64,000 bases of DNA. Origin: an uncultured SAR86 cluster bacterium. GTDB taxonomy: Bacteria; Pseudomonadota; Gammaproteobacteria; Magnimaribacterales; D2472. How positions within the stretch are numbered: the stretch's first letter is position 1; each line of letters starts with the position of its first letter. Positions 28,917 through 39,916 of the stretch are shown piece after piece. The stretch covers positions 914,831 to 978,830 of the forward strand of contig OX044367.1 in the NCBI GenBank assembly GCA_943846785.1, in the 5' to 3' direction. The translations under genes and the position numbers were made by a program. Under the pieces are notes generated by a model, which saw nothing but the letters and a program-made list of their open reading frames with translations, had not been told where the DNA came from and searched no databases.

Positions 28917-29810
28917 ATGAAAAATAACCTTGAGTCTCATATTAAACTAAATGAAAACATCATAATTTACATAGATGGTGAATTGATTTCAAAAGCTGAT
29001 GCCAGTGTTTCTGTTTATGATAGTGGTTTTATGATGGGAGACGGCATATGGGAGGGTATACGACTAGTTAATAAAAAATGGCTGTTTTTAGATGATCATA
29101 TTGATAGGTTGTTCGAGGGCGCTAAGGCTATAGATCTTGATATTGGATTGACTAAAAATGATATAAAAAAGGAGCTATTTAAAACTCAAGAAGCTAATAA
29201 AATGACTGATAAAGCCCACGCAAGACTTATGGTTACTCGTGGGGTAAAAAGTAAACCGTTTCAACGACCATCCTATTCTCTTAACGGACCAACAATAGTA
29301 ATCATTATGGAGCATTCTGAAGATGCTACGGACAATCCACCAATCAAATTAGCTACAGTTTCTCAAGTAAGAGGAAACCCCATGGTACAAGACCCTAAGC
29401 TTAATAGTCATTCCAAACTTAATTGTATATTGGCCTGCATACAAGCAGAAAAAGCAGGAGCTGATGAGGCTTTAATGCTAGATCCTAATGGTTTTGTCAG
29501 TACAACTAATTCTTGTAATTTCTTTATAGTAAAAAATGGGCAGGTTTGGACTAGTACTGGTGACTATTGCATGAACGGCATTACTAGAAAAAAAATTATT
29601 GAGATTTGTATATCTAATAACATACCTATATTTGAGAAGAACTTTTCTTTAGTAGATGTATATTCAGCCGATGAGGCGTTTATAACTGGAACTCTAGGCT
29701 CATTAGTTTCTGTGGAATCTATAGATGGTAGATTGATTGAAAACAATGCTAATTACTCAATGACTCAACAACTCCTTCACCTATACAACGACTTAACTCA
29801 TAGTGTCTAA
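28917..29810 (+). CDS. class IV (branched-chain/D-amino-acid) aminotransferase family protein
   Basis: ..SVSVYDSGFMMGDGIWEGIR.. and the overall fold-type IV pattern. 297 aa. Confidence 0.8.
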   Translation: MKNNLESHIKLNENIIIYIDGELISKADASVSVYDSGFMMGDGIWEGIRLVNKKWLFLDDHIDRLFEGAKAIDLDIGLTKNDIKKELFKTQEANKMTDKAHARLMVTRGVKSKPFQRPSYSLNGPTIVIIMEHSEDATDNPPIKLATVSQVRGNPMVQDPKLNSHSKLNCILACIQAEKAGADEALMLDPNGFVSTTNSCNFFIVKNGQVWTSTGDYCMNGITRKKIIEICISNNIPIFEKNFSLVDVYSADEAFITGTLGSLVSVESIDGRLIENNANYSMTQQLLHLYNDLTHSV

Positions 29811-30528
29811 AAGGCAAAACATTGCAATCTGGTCAGGACCACGCAATCTATCCACAGCTTTAATGAGGAGTTTTGGGAACAGAAGAGATGTTACTGCTGT
29901 ATATGATGAGCCATTCTATGCATCATATTTGATAACAACTAAAAAGAAACATCCAATGTTTGATGAAGTTATAGAATCCCAAGAGAATGATTATAATCAA
30001 GTTGTTAAAGCCTGCACTAAGAGTGCTGGCAATGGTATTTGCTATCAAAAACACATGGTTCACCATTTACATCCCAACCACAGTAAAAAATGGATTTTAT
30101 CTTGTACAAACTGTTTCTTAATAAGAAAACCTGAAGAAGTGATTTCTAGCTTCCTTGATAAATGGCCGGAAGCAACATTTGAAGACTTTGGTTTCAAGGA
30201 ACAATTTGGTCTTTATAACTACCTTTTAGATAAAGGTGGCGAAGCTCCTGTGGTTGTAGATGCAAGTGATTTAAGAAATAACAGTGAAACAACATTAAAG
30301 AAACTTTGCTTTGCACTTAATATTGATTGGGATCCTTTAATGCTTTGTTGGACAACTGGTCTTAAAGACTATGATGGTGTTTGGGCAAAACATTGGTATC
30401 CATCTGTCATGCTTTCAAGTTCATTTAGGCCTGAATCAGGAAAAATAAAAGTTTATAGCCAAAATATTATTGATTTTGCTGATATTGCAAGAGATTATTA
30501 CAAAGAGCTATTTAAAAATAAAATATAG
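29803..30528 (+). CDS. sulfotransferase-like / P-loop-like protein of unknown function
   Basis: GTG start with an 8-nt overlap on the aminotransferase. IAIWSGPRNLSTALMRSF resembles a PAPS 5'-phosphosulfate-binding loop. The family assignment is from memory only. Confidence 0.4.
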   Translation: MSKRQNIAIWSGPRNLSTALMRSFGNRRDVTAVYDEPFYASYLITTKKKHPMFDEVIESQENDYNQVVKACTKSAGNGICYQKHMVHHLHPNHSKKWILSCTNCFLIRKPEEVISSFLDKWPEATFEDFGFKEQFGLYNYLLDKGGEAPVVVDASDLRNNSETTLKKLCFALNIDWDPLMLCWTTGLKDYDGVWAKHWYPSVMLSSSFRPESGKIKVYSQNIIDFADIARDYYKELFKNKI

Positions 30529-30569
30529 AATAAGTGATAAGCTATATTTAAAAATTTATGGAGTTATTT

Positions 30570-32075
30570 ATGAAGAATGCATATCTATTTGCCCTTATAT
30601 TTGCATCGGTTTTATTTTCTTTAGATGCTGTCACATCTGATGAAGATACTAATGCTTGTGAAGAAAATACAATCATTAATGAAAAAAGTTTTACAAAAGA
30701 TTTTGAAGGTATATTTAATGGAAAAAAACTTAACTATAGCGCCAGTCTTAAAGAAAAAATTCTTTATGAAAAAGAAGATTCCAGTGCACCCTTAGCTTCA
30801 TTTTTTTATTCAGAATATATTGTTGATAGTAAAGAAAACAGACCTGTCATGTTTGTATTTAACGGAGGTCCTGGTTCAGCATCATTATGGTTACATATGG
30901 GTGTGCTTGGACCAAAAGTAGTTAAAGTGCCAAGTGATGCGTCAGATGATGGTTCGGCGCCTTATAACATCGTAGATAACAAACTTTCTCCTTTAAGTGA
31001 AACAGATATGGTCTTTATTGACCCAGTTGGAACTGGTTATAGCAGGGCGGCTGGCTGTCATGAAGGTTCAGAATTTTGGGGTGTAAATGAAGATCCAAAA
31101 ATTATTGCAGAATTTATAAGACGTTGGATTACAGATAATAAACGCTGGAACTCTCCTAAATATATATTAGGTGAGAGCTATGGAGGTATAAGAGGGCCTT
31201 TGCTTGTCTCTGAATTAAGATCAGGTGATATTACTCCAATAGAGGTAAATGGATTGCTAATGGTTGCTCCTGCTTCAGATTATCAATATTTGGTATTTCA
31301 TCCAGGAAATAATAGTCCTCATTATGGATTCTTTCCATCATATGCTGCAACTGCGTTTTACCATGGAAAAGTAAATACAAAAAAATCGCTAAAGGAATTT
31401 TATAAAGATTCAAAAAACTTTAGTTTAAATGTTTATGGTCCAGCCTTGCTTAAAGGATCTCGTCTAGATGCCAAAGAAAAAGAAAATTTAATTAATGAAT
31501 ATGTATCTTTTACTGGTCTATCTAAAAGATTTGTTGAAGATTTTAATCTAAGAATCGATCCGTCAAGTTTTAGAAAAGAGCTTCTCAGAGACGAGGGTTA
31601 TTCTGTAGGCAGGCTTGATTCAAGATACAAGACATCTGATTATATTTCTGGTGGTCAAAATTCAGATACAGATGTATCTAGTGAAGGTTTTATGTCTGCA
31701 TATGTTACAGCTATGCACACTTGGTTTGCCGAGATAGGTGTTGAAATGAAAATGTTATATCAAAGTGGTGACTCAGATGTTTATTTAAGTTGGAAACACC
31801 CTCAAAAATGGAAAGGTAATGATTTTGGTTATGTTAATACTGTTCCTCATATAGCTAGAGCGCAAAGATATAATAAAGATTTTAAAGTTTATGTATCATG
31901 TGGACTTTACGATCTTGCAACTCCATGTTTTACAGCTGAAAATTTTATGAATGATAATTCAGTTGATATGAGTAGGGTTGTTTTTTCTGAATTTGAAGCA
32001 GGGCATATGATGTATAACCATCAACCATCATTTGATAGATTTTTAAAAGAGGTTAATGAATTTATATCTAAATAA
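30570..32075 (+). CDS. secreted peptidase S10 family serine carboxypeptidase
   Basis: Signal peptide, plus FNGGPGSAS and nucleophile GESYGG motifs. I prefer ATG 30570 (MKNAYLFALIF..) over 30558. Confidence 0.8.
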   Translation: MKNAYLFALIFASVLFSLDAVTSDEDTNACEENTIINEKSFTKDFEGIFNGKKLNYSASLKEKILYEKEDSSAPLASFFYSEYIVDSKENRPVMFVFNGGPGSASLWLHMGVLGPKVVKVPSDASDDGSAPYNIVDNKLSPLSETDMVFIDPVGTGYSRAAGCHEGSEFWGVNEDPKIIAEFIRRWITDNKRWNSPKYILGESYGGIRGPLLVSELRSGDITPIEVNGLLMVAPASDYQYLVFHPGNNSPHYGFFPSYAATAFYHGKVNTKKSLKEFYKDSKNFSLNVYGPALLKGSRLDAKEKENLINEYVSFTGLSKRFVEDFNLRIDPSSFRKELLRDEGYSVGRLDSRYKTSDYISGGQNSDTDVSSEGFMSAYVTAMHTWFAEIGVEMKMLYQSGDSDVYLSWKHPQKWKGNDFGYVNTVPHIARAQRYNKDFKVYVSCGLYDLATPCFTAENFMNDNSVDMSRVVFSEFEAGHMMYNHQPSFDRFLKEVNEFISK

Positions 32076-32117
32076 ATTTTTTAATTCAATGAAGACTGTT
32101 AAAGAAGGCAATTAATT

Positions 32118-33305
32118 ATGTATGGTAATTTTAAAACTCACTTAGCAAATCAACTTAATCAAATTTATGATGATGGCTTGTATAAAACTGAGCGGGAAAT
32201 AACTACTCCTCAGGGCTCAATCGTAAATACGATAGAGATAAATAATTTAATTAATCTTTGTGCTAATAACTATCTAGGTCTTGCTGAGAACCGTTATATA
32301 AAAGATGCAGCAAAAAAAGGCTTAGATGATTGGGGTTATGGAATGGCCTCAGTTAGATTTATTTGCGGGACTCAAACTTTACATAAAGAATTAGAAAATA
32401 AATTAAGTAAATTCGTTGGTATGGAAGACACTATACTTTACCCATCATGTTTTGATGCAAATGCTGGTCTGTATGAGACTATTTTAAGTAGTGACGATGC
32501 GGTGATATCTGATTCGCTTAATCATGCCAGCATTATAGACGGCATTAGACTTTGCAAAGCATCTCGTTTTCGCTATAAAAATAATGATATGGATGATCTA
32601 GAGATTCAATTAAAAGCAGCTGTTTTAAATGGAGCTCGTTACAAATTAATAACAACTGATGGCGTTTTCTCAATGGATGGAACGATTGCAAAACTTGATA
32701 AAATTTGTGAACTTGCTGAAAAATATGATGCATTAGTGCACTTTGATGATTGCCATGCAACAGGATTCATAGGAGATACAGGCCGAGGAACTCACGAATA
32801 TCATAAATGTATGGACAAGGTTGATATTATTACAGGAACGCTTGGAAAGGCACTAGGAGGAGCGAGTGGGGGCTATACAAGTGCTCATAGTGAAATTGTT
32901 AATCTGCTTCGTCAAAGATCAAGACCATATCTATTTTCCAACACAGTTGCTCCACCAGTAGTGGCTGGAGCAATCAAAGCTATTGATTTGGTTGAAACTT
33001 CAATTAATCTCCAGACAAAACTTAAAGAAAATACTAAATATTTTCGTAAAGGCTTAGAGAACCTTGGCTTTAATTTACTTCCAGGAGAACACCCAATCAT
33101 TCCAATAATGATAGGTGATGCTTCGTTGGCAGCAAAATTTGCTGCAGAAATGTTAAATAATGGTGTTTATGTGATTGCTTTTTCATATCCAGTTGTAGCA
33201 AAAGGAATGGCACGAATAAGAACTCAAATGTCAGCATCATTCTCAAAAGAAGATTTAGATTCTGCTCTTCATTCATTTGCATTAGCTAAGGATAAAATTC
33301 TATGA
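32118..33305 (+). CDS. kbl: glycine C-acetyltransferase (2-amino-3-ketobutyrate CoA ligase)
   Basis: Typical Kbl sequence ([27 protein letters not shown]). Located directly upstream of tdh. Confidence 0.92.
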   Translation: MYGNFKTHLANQLNQIYDDGLYKTEREITTPQGSIVNTIEINNLINLCANNYLGLAENRYIKDAAKKGLDDWGYGMASVRFICGTQTLHKELENKLSKFVGMEDTILYPSCFDANAGLYETILSSDDAVISDSLNHASIIDGIRLCKASRFRYKNNDMDDLEIQLKAAVLNGARYKLITTDGVFSMDGTIAKLDKICELAEKYDALVHFDDCHATGFIGDTGRGTHEYHKCMDKVDIITGTLGKALGGASGGYTSAHSEIVNLLRQRSRPYLFSNTVAPPVVAGAIKAIDLVETSINLQTKLKENTKYFRKGLENLGFNLLPGEHPIIPIMIGDASLAAKFAAEMLNNGVYVIAFSYPVVAKGMARIRTQMSASFSKEDLDSALHSFALAKDKIL

Positions 33306-34327
33306 AAGCATTAATAAAAAAAGAAGCATTACCAGGCCTTTGGCTTGAGGATGTTGCTATGCCAGAGATAGGTATTAATGATGTCCTAATTAAAATTAAA
33401 AGAACTGCTATTTGTGGTACTGATCTTCATATTTATAACTGGGACAAATGGGCACAAGATAACATCACAACACCAATGACTATAGGCCATGAGTTTGTAG
33501 GTGTGATTGTAGAAATTGGATCTAATGTTAATGATTTCTCAATTGGTCAAATTGTTTCAGGAGAAGGGCATGTCGTTTGTGGAAGATGCAGAAATTGTCT
33601 TGCTGGAAGACGTCATCTATGTGCTGATAATAGTGGTGTTGGGGTAGATAGAAATGGTGCTTTTGCAGAATACCTTTCTTTGCCAATGTCTAATGTCTGG
33701 GTGCATAAACCATCTATTGATTTGGATGTAGCATCCTTATTTGATCCTTTAGGAAATGCAGTTCACACAGCTCTTCAGTTTGATTTACTTGGTGAAGATG
33801 TCCTTATTACTGGTGCTGGGCCAATAGGCGCCATGGCAGCTGCAGTATGTAAACATGCAGGTGCTCGTCATGTTGTAATAACTGATATAAATCCTTATCG
33901 TCTTTCTTTAGCAGAGACATTAGGAGCAACACACACTATAGATGTAAGAAATGAACAACTAGCCGATGTTCAAAAAAATTTAGGGATGACTGAAGGGTTT
34001 GATGTTGGTTTGGAGATGTCTGGCAACCCATCAGCATTCAGAGACTTATTAGCAAATATGTGTCATGGTGGAAAGGTTGGGATTCTAGGTATTCCATCAG
34101 AAGAAATGGCAATAGATTGGAGTCTTGTTATTTTTAATATGCTGACATTAAAAGGTATATACGGTCGTGAAATGTATGAAACATGGTACAAAATGTCAGT
34201 TATGATTGAATCTGGTTTAGATATAGGAAAGGTTATAACTCATCGCTTGAACTACACTGATTTTCAGGAAGGTTTTGATTTAATGAACTCAGGTAAAGCT
34301 GGTAAAATTATACTAAACTGGAATTAG
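33302..34327 (+). CDS. tdh: L-threonine 3-dehydrogenase
   Basis: [38 protein letters not shown] closely parallels E. coli Tdh. 341 aa, with a 4-nt overlap on kbl. Confidence 0.92.
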   Translation: MKALIKKEALPGLWLEDVAMPEIGINDVLIKIKRTAICGTDLHIYNWDKWAQDNITTPMTIGHEFVGVIVEIGSNVNDFSIGQIVSGEGHVVCGRCRNCLAGRRHLCADNSGVGVDRNGAFAEYLSLPMSNVWVHKPSIDLDVASLFDPLGNAVHTALQFDLLGEDVLITGAGPIGAMAAAVCKHAGARHVVITDINPYRLSLAETLGATHTIDVRNEQLADVQKNLGMTEGFDVGLEMSGNPSAFRDLLANMCHGGKVGILGIPSEEMAIDWSLVIFNMLTLKGIYGREMYETWYKMSVMIESGLDIGKVITHRLNYTDFQEGFDLMNSGKAGKIILNWN

Positions 34328-34337
34328 GATCTAGCAT

Positions 34338-34859
34338 ATGAATTCAGAAACTGTTGTTTTAATTGTTCAAGTAATAGCTGCCTTTGGTGTAGTTGTATCG
34401 GTTATATATCTTGGTATACAGATACATCAACAAAATGAAATTACAAAAGCTCAATTTGGTCATTCGTTAACACAAAGGCAATATGACAGATTTTTTCAAA
34501 CAACCAAAGATCAAGAATTTTCAAATTTTCTAGCAAAAGACTGGGCTTCTGATGACTTAACTCATACCGATAGATGGAGAATTAATCACTTTGTAATGAC
34601 ATGTCTTGTAGATGTATTTGATGTCTATGACAAAGTGCAGAAAGGGTTTGTTGATGACTCTCATCTAAAATCTAGAATTTCAGCACTAAGATTGGGTGTT
34701 ATGAAGACAGAGCAGGGTAAAAGTGTATGGAATTTCATGAAAATTAATAGATCTAAAGAGTTTATAAAATGGTTTGAGCATGAAATATATGAAAAAGAAA
34801 TATATTCAGATCCAGAAAGAGATCAAAAGCTTGAAGGTATGAATATTATTCGTAAATAA
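34338..34859 (+). CDS. hypothetical protein with a single N-terminal TM helix
   Basis: 173-aa ORF. The N-terminus VVLIVQVIAAFGVVVSVIYLGI is hydrophobic. I recognise no family. Confidence 0.4.
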   Translation: MNSETVVLIVQVIAAFGVVVSVIYLGIQIHQQNEITKAQFGHSLTQRQYDRFFQTTKDQEFSNFLAKDWASDDLTHTDRWRINHFVMTCLVDVFDVYDKVQKGFVDDSHLKSRISALRLGVMKTEQGKSVWNFMKINRSKEFIKWFEHEIYEKEIYSDPERDQKLEGMNIIRK

Positions 34860-34861
34860 AA

Positions 34862-36352
34862 TTAACCTAATACGTTCGATGTATTCTGTAATCTGTTTAC
34901 TATATTTTTGTCACCAAGATGGAAGGTTTTAATTTCTTCTTTCCAGTTAACATCTTTAAACTTTTTCAAGCCCATCTCATACCAGGTTTCATTTTTATAA
35001 TTCTTTTTATTATCAATATGTAAATCAATCAATGATAGCCAAGCTTTAGTATTAAAATTCTCAACTTTATCAAACAACTCCTTACATTTATCTAAATTAC
35101 CATTTAAATAGTAAGCAAACATTATGGTTTGTATTGGTCTATCTGAATTTACATCACTTGCAACAATTGGCTCAAGCTCATGCATCTTTTCAAATATTTT
35201 AATTGCTGTATCTATATCACCATTTCTTAATAGCGACTCTCCATAAATAGATAAAACATGTGGATTACTTGGATTGGCTCTATATGCTTTAGTTGCATAA
35301 AATTTTGTTTGCTCGAAGTCATCCATGGTCAGGTTGGCTTCAGCTAAAATTCTATTTGTATTCCAATCATTATCATTTAATTCATTAGCCTTACTAAGAG
35401 ATTGAAGCATCTCAGGCATAACATCTTCTTTCTTTTTAAAACCCAAGAACATAGATTGGCCAAGTGTACATGCTTTCCAAGAGTGAGGAAGGGGGTTTAA
35501 TGCATCAGCCTCAATGGCTGCATCAAGCATTTTTAAAGCCTCAGCATTAGCTTCTTTTTCAAATTTTTGATTAAGTGCTCTACCTTTAAGTGTGTACTCA
35601 TAAGAGGTCATGCTTTCAGTGGGTTTTCTATGTGCTCTTTTTAAACTCGTAATTTCTATTTCACCAATAACGGAATAAATAATCTGTGTGACTATTTCAT
35701 CTTGTAAGTTAAAAATATCTGTTTTAACTTTATCGTATTTACTGCTCCATATAACCTCATCGTCAACCATATCACTTAGTTCAACAGATATTCTTAATCT
35801 GTTATTTGATGATCTAATGCTTCCAGATACAACATAATCAAAACCCCATTCATCTTTAAATACCTGGCTAGAGTAATCTTTATCCCTGAAACCAAAACAT
35901 GTTTTTCTTGTCGCTACGGAAATTTCTTTCACCATAGATAATTCTGTAATCAGGTCTTCAACTATGCCATCTACTAGAAAGGCTGATTCTTTATCATCAT
36001 TAAGATTTTCAAATGGCATTATGCCAATTTTTGGCTTTTTATTGGATACTAATTGTTTGAGGGATTCATAATCTTTTAACTCATTACCAATAATATTCTT
36101 TTTTCTAAATATAAAAGTAGCAATCAACGAAAAGGGGAATCCTGCTATCAATAATATAAATAATATTTGCATTAATGACTCTGAGCTCATACCAAGAATA
36201 TTATCAACAGATACATTATCGACAACTATACTAGAGAGCTGAATTGTTGCGAATGCACCGACACTATAAGCAGTTGCTGTCTTAAATAATGCAGAACCGA
36301 TGTTATGTAATCTTATTTTTATAAATGATGAAATTATCTTAAAAATATCCAT
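34862..36352 (-). CDS. membrane-anchored TolB-N-like / TPR repeat protein
   Basis: Two or three N-terminal TM segments. Next comes IGIMPFENLNDDKESAFLVDGIVEDLITELS...YVVSGSIR, a TolB-N-like module seen in CadC/adenylate-cyclase-type TPR proteins. The C-terminal half is TPR-like. Confidence 0.5.
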   Translation of the reverse strand: MDIFKIISSFIKIRLHNIGSALFKTATAYSVGAFATIQLSSIVVDNVSVDNILGMSSESLMQILFILLIAGFPFSLIATFIFRKKNIIGNELKDYESLKQLVSNKKPKIGIMPFENLNDDKESAFLVDGIVEDLITELSMVKEISVATRKTCFGFRDKDYSSQVFKDEWGFDYVVSGSIRSSNNRLRISVELSDMVDDEVIWSSKYDKVKTDIFNLQDEIVTQIIYSVIGEIEITSLKRAHRKPTESMTSYEYTLKGRALNQKFEKEANAEALKMLDAAIEADALNPLPHSWKACTLGQSMFLGFKKKEDVMPEMLQSLSKANELNDNDWNTNRILAEANLTMDDFEQTKFYATKAYRANPSNPHVLSIYGESLLRNGDIDTAIKIFEKMHELEPIVASDVNSDRPIQTIMFAYYLNGNLDKCKELFDKVENFNTKAWLSLIDLHIDNKKNYKNETWYEMGLKKFKDVNWKEEIKTFHLGDKNIVNRLQNTSNVLG

Positions 36353-36456
36353 CTGCTAATAATATCTAAAATTTGTAAAAGCTCAAGAACAGGGTATTGG
36401 AGACATATTCATATCTAAATACACACATCACTTCGCATAATATATATTATGTTCAA

Positions 36457-38040
36457 TTATATAGGTTGATTATGTTTAATAATAAATCTATTGGTATCAG
36501 TTAATTGATACTGTTTAGATTTGATATCACTTACATACATGAATTTAGCTTCAATTTGATTAGAATCTATAGCTAACTTAACAAAACCTTTACCTGAACC
36601 ATTTGCCCACTTCAGGTTTTCATTTTGCTTTATAAACCCTTGATCAATATCGTTGGTTATACTTTTAAATAGATCAACGGAATTTGGTGATGATATTGAA
36701 GGTGCTGCAATCTCTACACCTATAAAATTTTGACTATCACTGAACAAATTTGATATCCATGAGTTATGTGTATCTCCTGTAAGAACGATACTAGATTGTG
36801 CTTTAGAAAGTATTTTAAGTAACTTGTTTCTTTCTTTTGGATAACCATCCCATGAATCAGTATTGTAAGGAATATCCATTCCACCAATTTTTAAGTATTT
36901 ATGAAGGAATTTAGGAAAAGAATTTTTATCTAATTCAGAAAATATTTTAGGTAATACTGTTGGCGAAAGGAGAATTTGTTGTCCAATAACCGACCATTTA
37001 AATTTATTATTAATATTTTTATCAAGCCATTTAAATTGTTCGGCACCGACTAGATTTCTTTTCTTTTGAAGGTCTTTCATATATTGTTTTTTATTAAATT
37101 CATTGTCTTTAAAGTAATTATCAAAATTTAATTGTTTATCTCTATATATAGATCTTGTATCTAGCATTAATAATTGAAATAAAGACCCTATTTCAAACTT
37201 TCTCCATATTTTTAATTTTGAATTTGATTCTCTAATTGGCATCCATTCATAGTAGGCTTTTAATGCATTGGCCTTTCTTGTTGAAAAATACCCCTCATCA
37301 TATGTATGGTTTTCAGCTCCATTTTTCCATGAATCATTAGCAAACTCATGATCATCCCAAACTGGAATCATTGGTTTTTTTGAATGCAATAATTGGAGGT
37401 CTTCATCAGTTTTATAAAGCGCATGACGTTTTCTATAATCATCTAGGCTAACAATCTCAGTAATTGGATCAACCACCCTATTAAGTTTTTTAGCATCCTC
37501 TGTGGCATATCCATCTGCACCATACTCATATAAATAGTCTCCTAAATGCAAAACTACATCAATATCACTATCAAGAGCTATCTCTCTATATGCATTAAAA
37601 AAACCAGCTGGATAATTAGAGCAACTACAAAAAGCTAAATTAAATTTATCAGGGTTTGAGATTGGTAAAGTTTTGGTAGTGCCAATTGGGGAAAAGATAT
37701 TGTTTACAATAAAACGATAATAGATTTTTTTTGCGTTATATTCGAGTGGGATATTTACATCAACCTTTAATGTAAAATCATTATGCGCATACGACTTGGT
37801 TGTTCCTGAAGTAATTATATTTGTAAAATCTTTTTTAGTTGATATCTGCCAGGTAGCATTTATTTTTTTATTTGTATTTTTTGTAATTTTAGACCAAATT
37901 ATTACCCTGTCATGAGTTGGATCACCACTAGCAACCCCGTGATTAAACAATATTTTTGTATCGCTTTCTTTCGCTAAGATTCTTATATTAAATACAGATA
38001 TTAAAAGGCTAAAAAACTTTAAAAAAGATCTTCTTTGCAT
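36457..38040 (-). CDS. phoD: PhoD-family alkaline phosphatase/phosphodiesterase, Tat-exported
   Basis: Twin-arginine signal MQRRSFLKF (ATG 38038-38040 preferred over TTG 38061). GVASGDPTHDRVIIWSK and the metallophosphatase motifs GDYLYEY and WDDHEF are present. Confidence 0.85.
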   Translation of the reverse strand: MQRRSFLKFFSLLISVFNIRILAKESDTKILFNHGVASGDPTHDRVIIWSKITKNTNKKINATWQISTKKDFTNIITSGTTKSYAHNDFTLKVDVNIPLEYNAKKIYYRFIVNNIFSPIGTTKTLPISNPDKFNLAFCSCSNYPAGFFNAYREIALDSDIDVVLHLGDYLYEYGADGYATEDAKKLNRVVDPITEIVSLDDYRKRHALYKTDEDLQLLHSKKPMIPVWDDHEFANDSWKNGAENHTYDEGYFSTRKANALKAYYEWMPIRESNSKLKIWRKFEIGSLFQLLMLDTRSIYRDKQLNFDNYFKDNEFNKKQYMKDLQKKRNLVGAEQFKWLDKNINNKFKWSVIGQQILLSPTVLPKIFSELDKNSFPKFLHKYLKIGGMDIPYNTDSWDGYPKERNKLLKILSKAQSSIVLTGDTHNSWISNLFSDSQNFIGVEIAAPSISSPNSVDLFKSITNDIDQGFIKQNENLKWANGSGKGFVKLAIDSNQIEAKFMYVSDIKSKQYQLTDTNRFIIKHNQPI

Positions 38041-38096
38041 AAGAAGAAATATATCATCCAAGAAGATTTAAATGTAAATTATTTTATGTTCCTGCT

Positions 38097-38392
38097 TTAT
38101 TTTAAACTACTAATAAAATCATATATTGCATTAGCACATGATTCAGGATTTTCTATTACATTAAAATTAGCTGATTCAGGTATTAAAACTAAATCTACTA
38201 AAACTTGAACCAGCTTTTGTTTTTATCATTTTATAGCTACCTTTACTCGTTATAAATTGATTTTGACAAACAACTCCTGAAGATTGATGAACAGCATCAG
38301 GATAAATATCTTCTATCTCATCTCTAAATAAATATAAGTATCTATAAATATAAAAATAAAATACGTAAAACTCTTTAGAAGAGAATCCAACA
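38097..38392 (-). pseudogene. possible degenerate C-terminal remnant of an alpha/beta-hydrolase gene
   Basis: No start codon. A stop-free frame begins right after the mmsA stop (..LFRDEIEDIYPDAVHQSSGVVCQNQFITSKGSYKMIKTK..). After one frame switch it reads KLVQVLVDLVLIPESANFNVIENPESCANAIYDFISSLK*. This looks like an alpha/beta-hydrolase C-terminus with the His position replaced. Confidence 0.3.
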
Positions 38393-39880
38393 TCAATTAT
38401 CGTTTTTTGGGAATCCTAAGTCTACTTTGCTATCAGCTGGATTAGGCCATCTTGTAGCAATTGATTTAGTTTTTGTATAAAAATCTATAGATGAATTACC
38501 AAATGCTTTAGTTTCTGAAAAACCACTATCTTTCCAACCACCAAAACTATGAGAGTATGTAGGAAGAGGTATTGGTACATTGATGCCAACAGACCCTGCT
38601 TGAACTTCATTTGCCCATTTTTGTGCAACTCCGCCATCACGTGTGAATAGCGCAGCACCATTACCAAGTTTATGACTATCAGTTATATCCATAGCTTCCT
38701 CATATGAACTAGCCCTAACAAAACATAAAACAGGTCCAAATATTTCATTCTCATAAACTGACATACCAGGCCTCACATGATCAATTAAAGTAGCGCCAAC
38801 AAAAGAGCCTTCCTCCTTATCAGATAAAGGCCTGCCATCAAAAACTAATGATGCCCCTTCTGTCTCTGCTAAATCTATAAATGAATAAATACGATCTTTA
38901 TTTTCTTTTGAAATAACTGGACCTAGCTGAGTATCTGGATTATCTGTTTTACCCATTACAAGACTAGGTATTCTATCTTTGATTTTACCAACTAATTCGT
39001 CAGCAATATCTCCAACAGCAACAACAACAGACACTGCCATACATCTTTGACCAGCTGCGCCAAAACTTGCAGAAACAGCTGCATCTGCTGCCATGTCTAG
39101 ATCAGCGTCTGGAAGGACGATCATATGATTTTTTCCCCCACCAAGTGCCTGAATCTTAGTATTGTTTTGAACTCCTAAAATCTTTAAACTTTTTGCGACT
39201 GGTGTGCTTCCAATAAATGCCAATCCAGCTACTTTTTCATGACAAACTAGTTGTTCTACAATTTCTTTACCACCATTAAGAACGTTGTAACAACCATCTG
39301 GGAAACCTGATTCTTTAAATATATCAGCATATAATCTTGATATTGATGGAACCTTTTCACTGGGTTTGGCTATAAAGGTGTTGCCAGTAACTATAGCCAT
39401 AGATGCATGAAGAATTGGTATTAATATTGGAAAATTAAATGGTCCACAACCAACAACAACACCAATTGGGTATCTAACATCAGTAATATCTATACCACCT
39501 GCAACATTAGGACTCATTATGGATGGATAGAAATGCTGGACACCAGCAATATGTGTAAGAGCTTGAACAGCTCTATCTAATTCAGCCTCTGCATCAGGCC
39601 TTGTTTTACCAGCTTCTGTAATGCATATATCTATAATCTCTTCTGACTTATTGATGATTCCTTGTCGTAAATTCAGTATTAATTCAGCCCTGTAACTCAG
39701 ACCAGTTTTTGACCAAGTTATAAAAGTTTCAGCAGCTGCATTGATGGCATTATTAGTGGTGTCCTTAGTTGCATAAAGAACTTCACCTATATTAGAACCA
39801 TATGACGGATTTATAATACTTATTGATTCATTAGATTCGAAACATTCTTTGCCGTTTATATAATTTGTTACTTGATACAT
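38393..39880 (-). CDS. mmsA: CoA-acylating methylmalonate/malonate-semialdehyde dehydrogenase
   Basis: ALDH fold with a catalytic Cys context (GQRCMA). The C-terminal SFGGWKDSGF...FYTKTKSIATRW motif is typical of MmsA. Confidence 0.85.
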   Translation of the reverse strand: MYQVTNYINGKECFESNESISIINPSYGSNIGEVLYATKDTTNNAINAAAETFITWSKTGLSYRAELILNLRQGIINKSEEIIDICITEAGKTRPDAEAELDRAVQALTHIAGVQHFYPSIMSPNVAGGIDITDVRYPIGVVVGCGPFNFPILIPILHASMAIVTGNTFIAKPSEKVPSISRLYADIFKESGFPDGCYNVLNGGKEIVEQLVCHEKVAGLAFIGSTPVAKSLKILGVQNNTKIQALGGGKNHMIVLPDADLDMAADAAVSASFGAAGQRCMAVSVVVAVGDIADELVGKIKDRIPSLVMGKTDNPDTQLGPVISKENKDRIYSFIDLAETEGASLVFDGRPLSDKEEGSFVGATLIDHVRPGMSVYENEIFGPVLCFVRASSYEEAMDITDSHKLGNGAALFTRDGGVAQKWANEVQAGSVGINVPIPLPTYSHSFGGWKDSGFSETKAFGNSSIDFYTKTKSIATRWPNPADSKVDLGFPKNDN

Positions 39881-39916
39881 ATTTAATTCCTAATCATATA
39901 TGATATTTATATTGAC

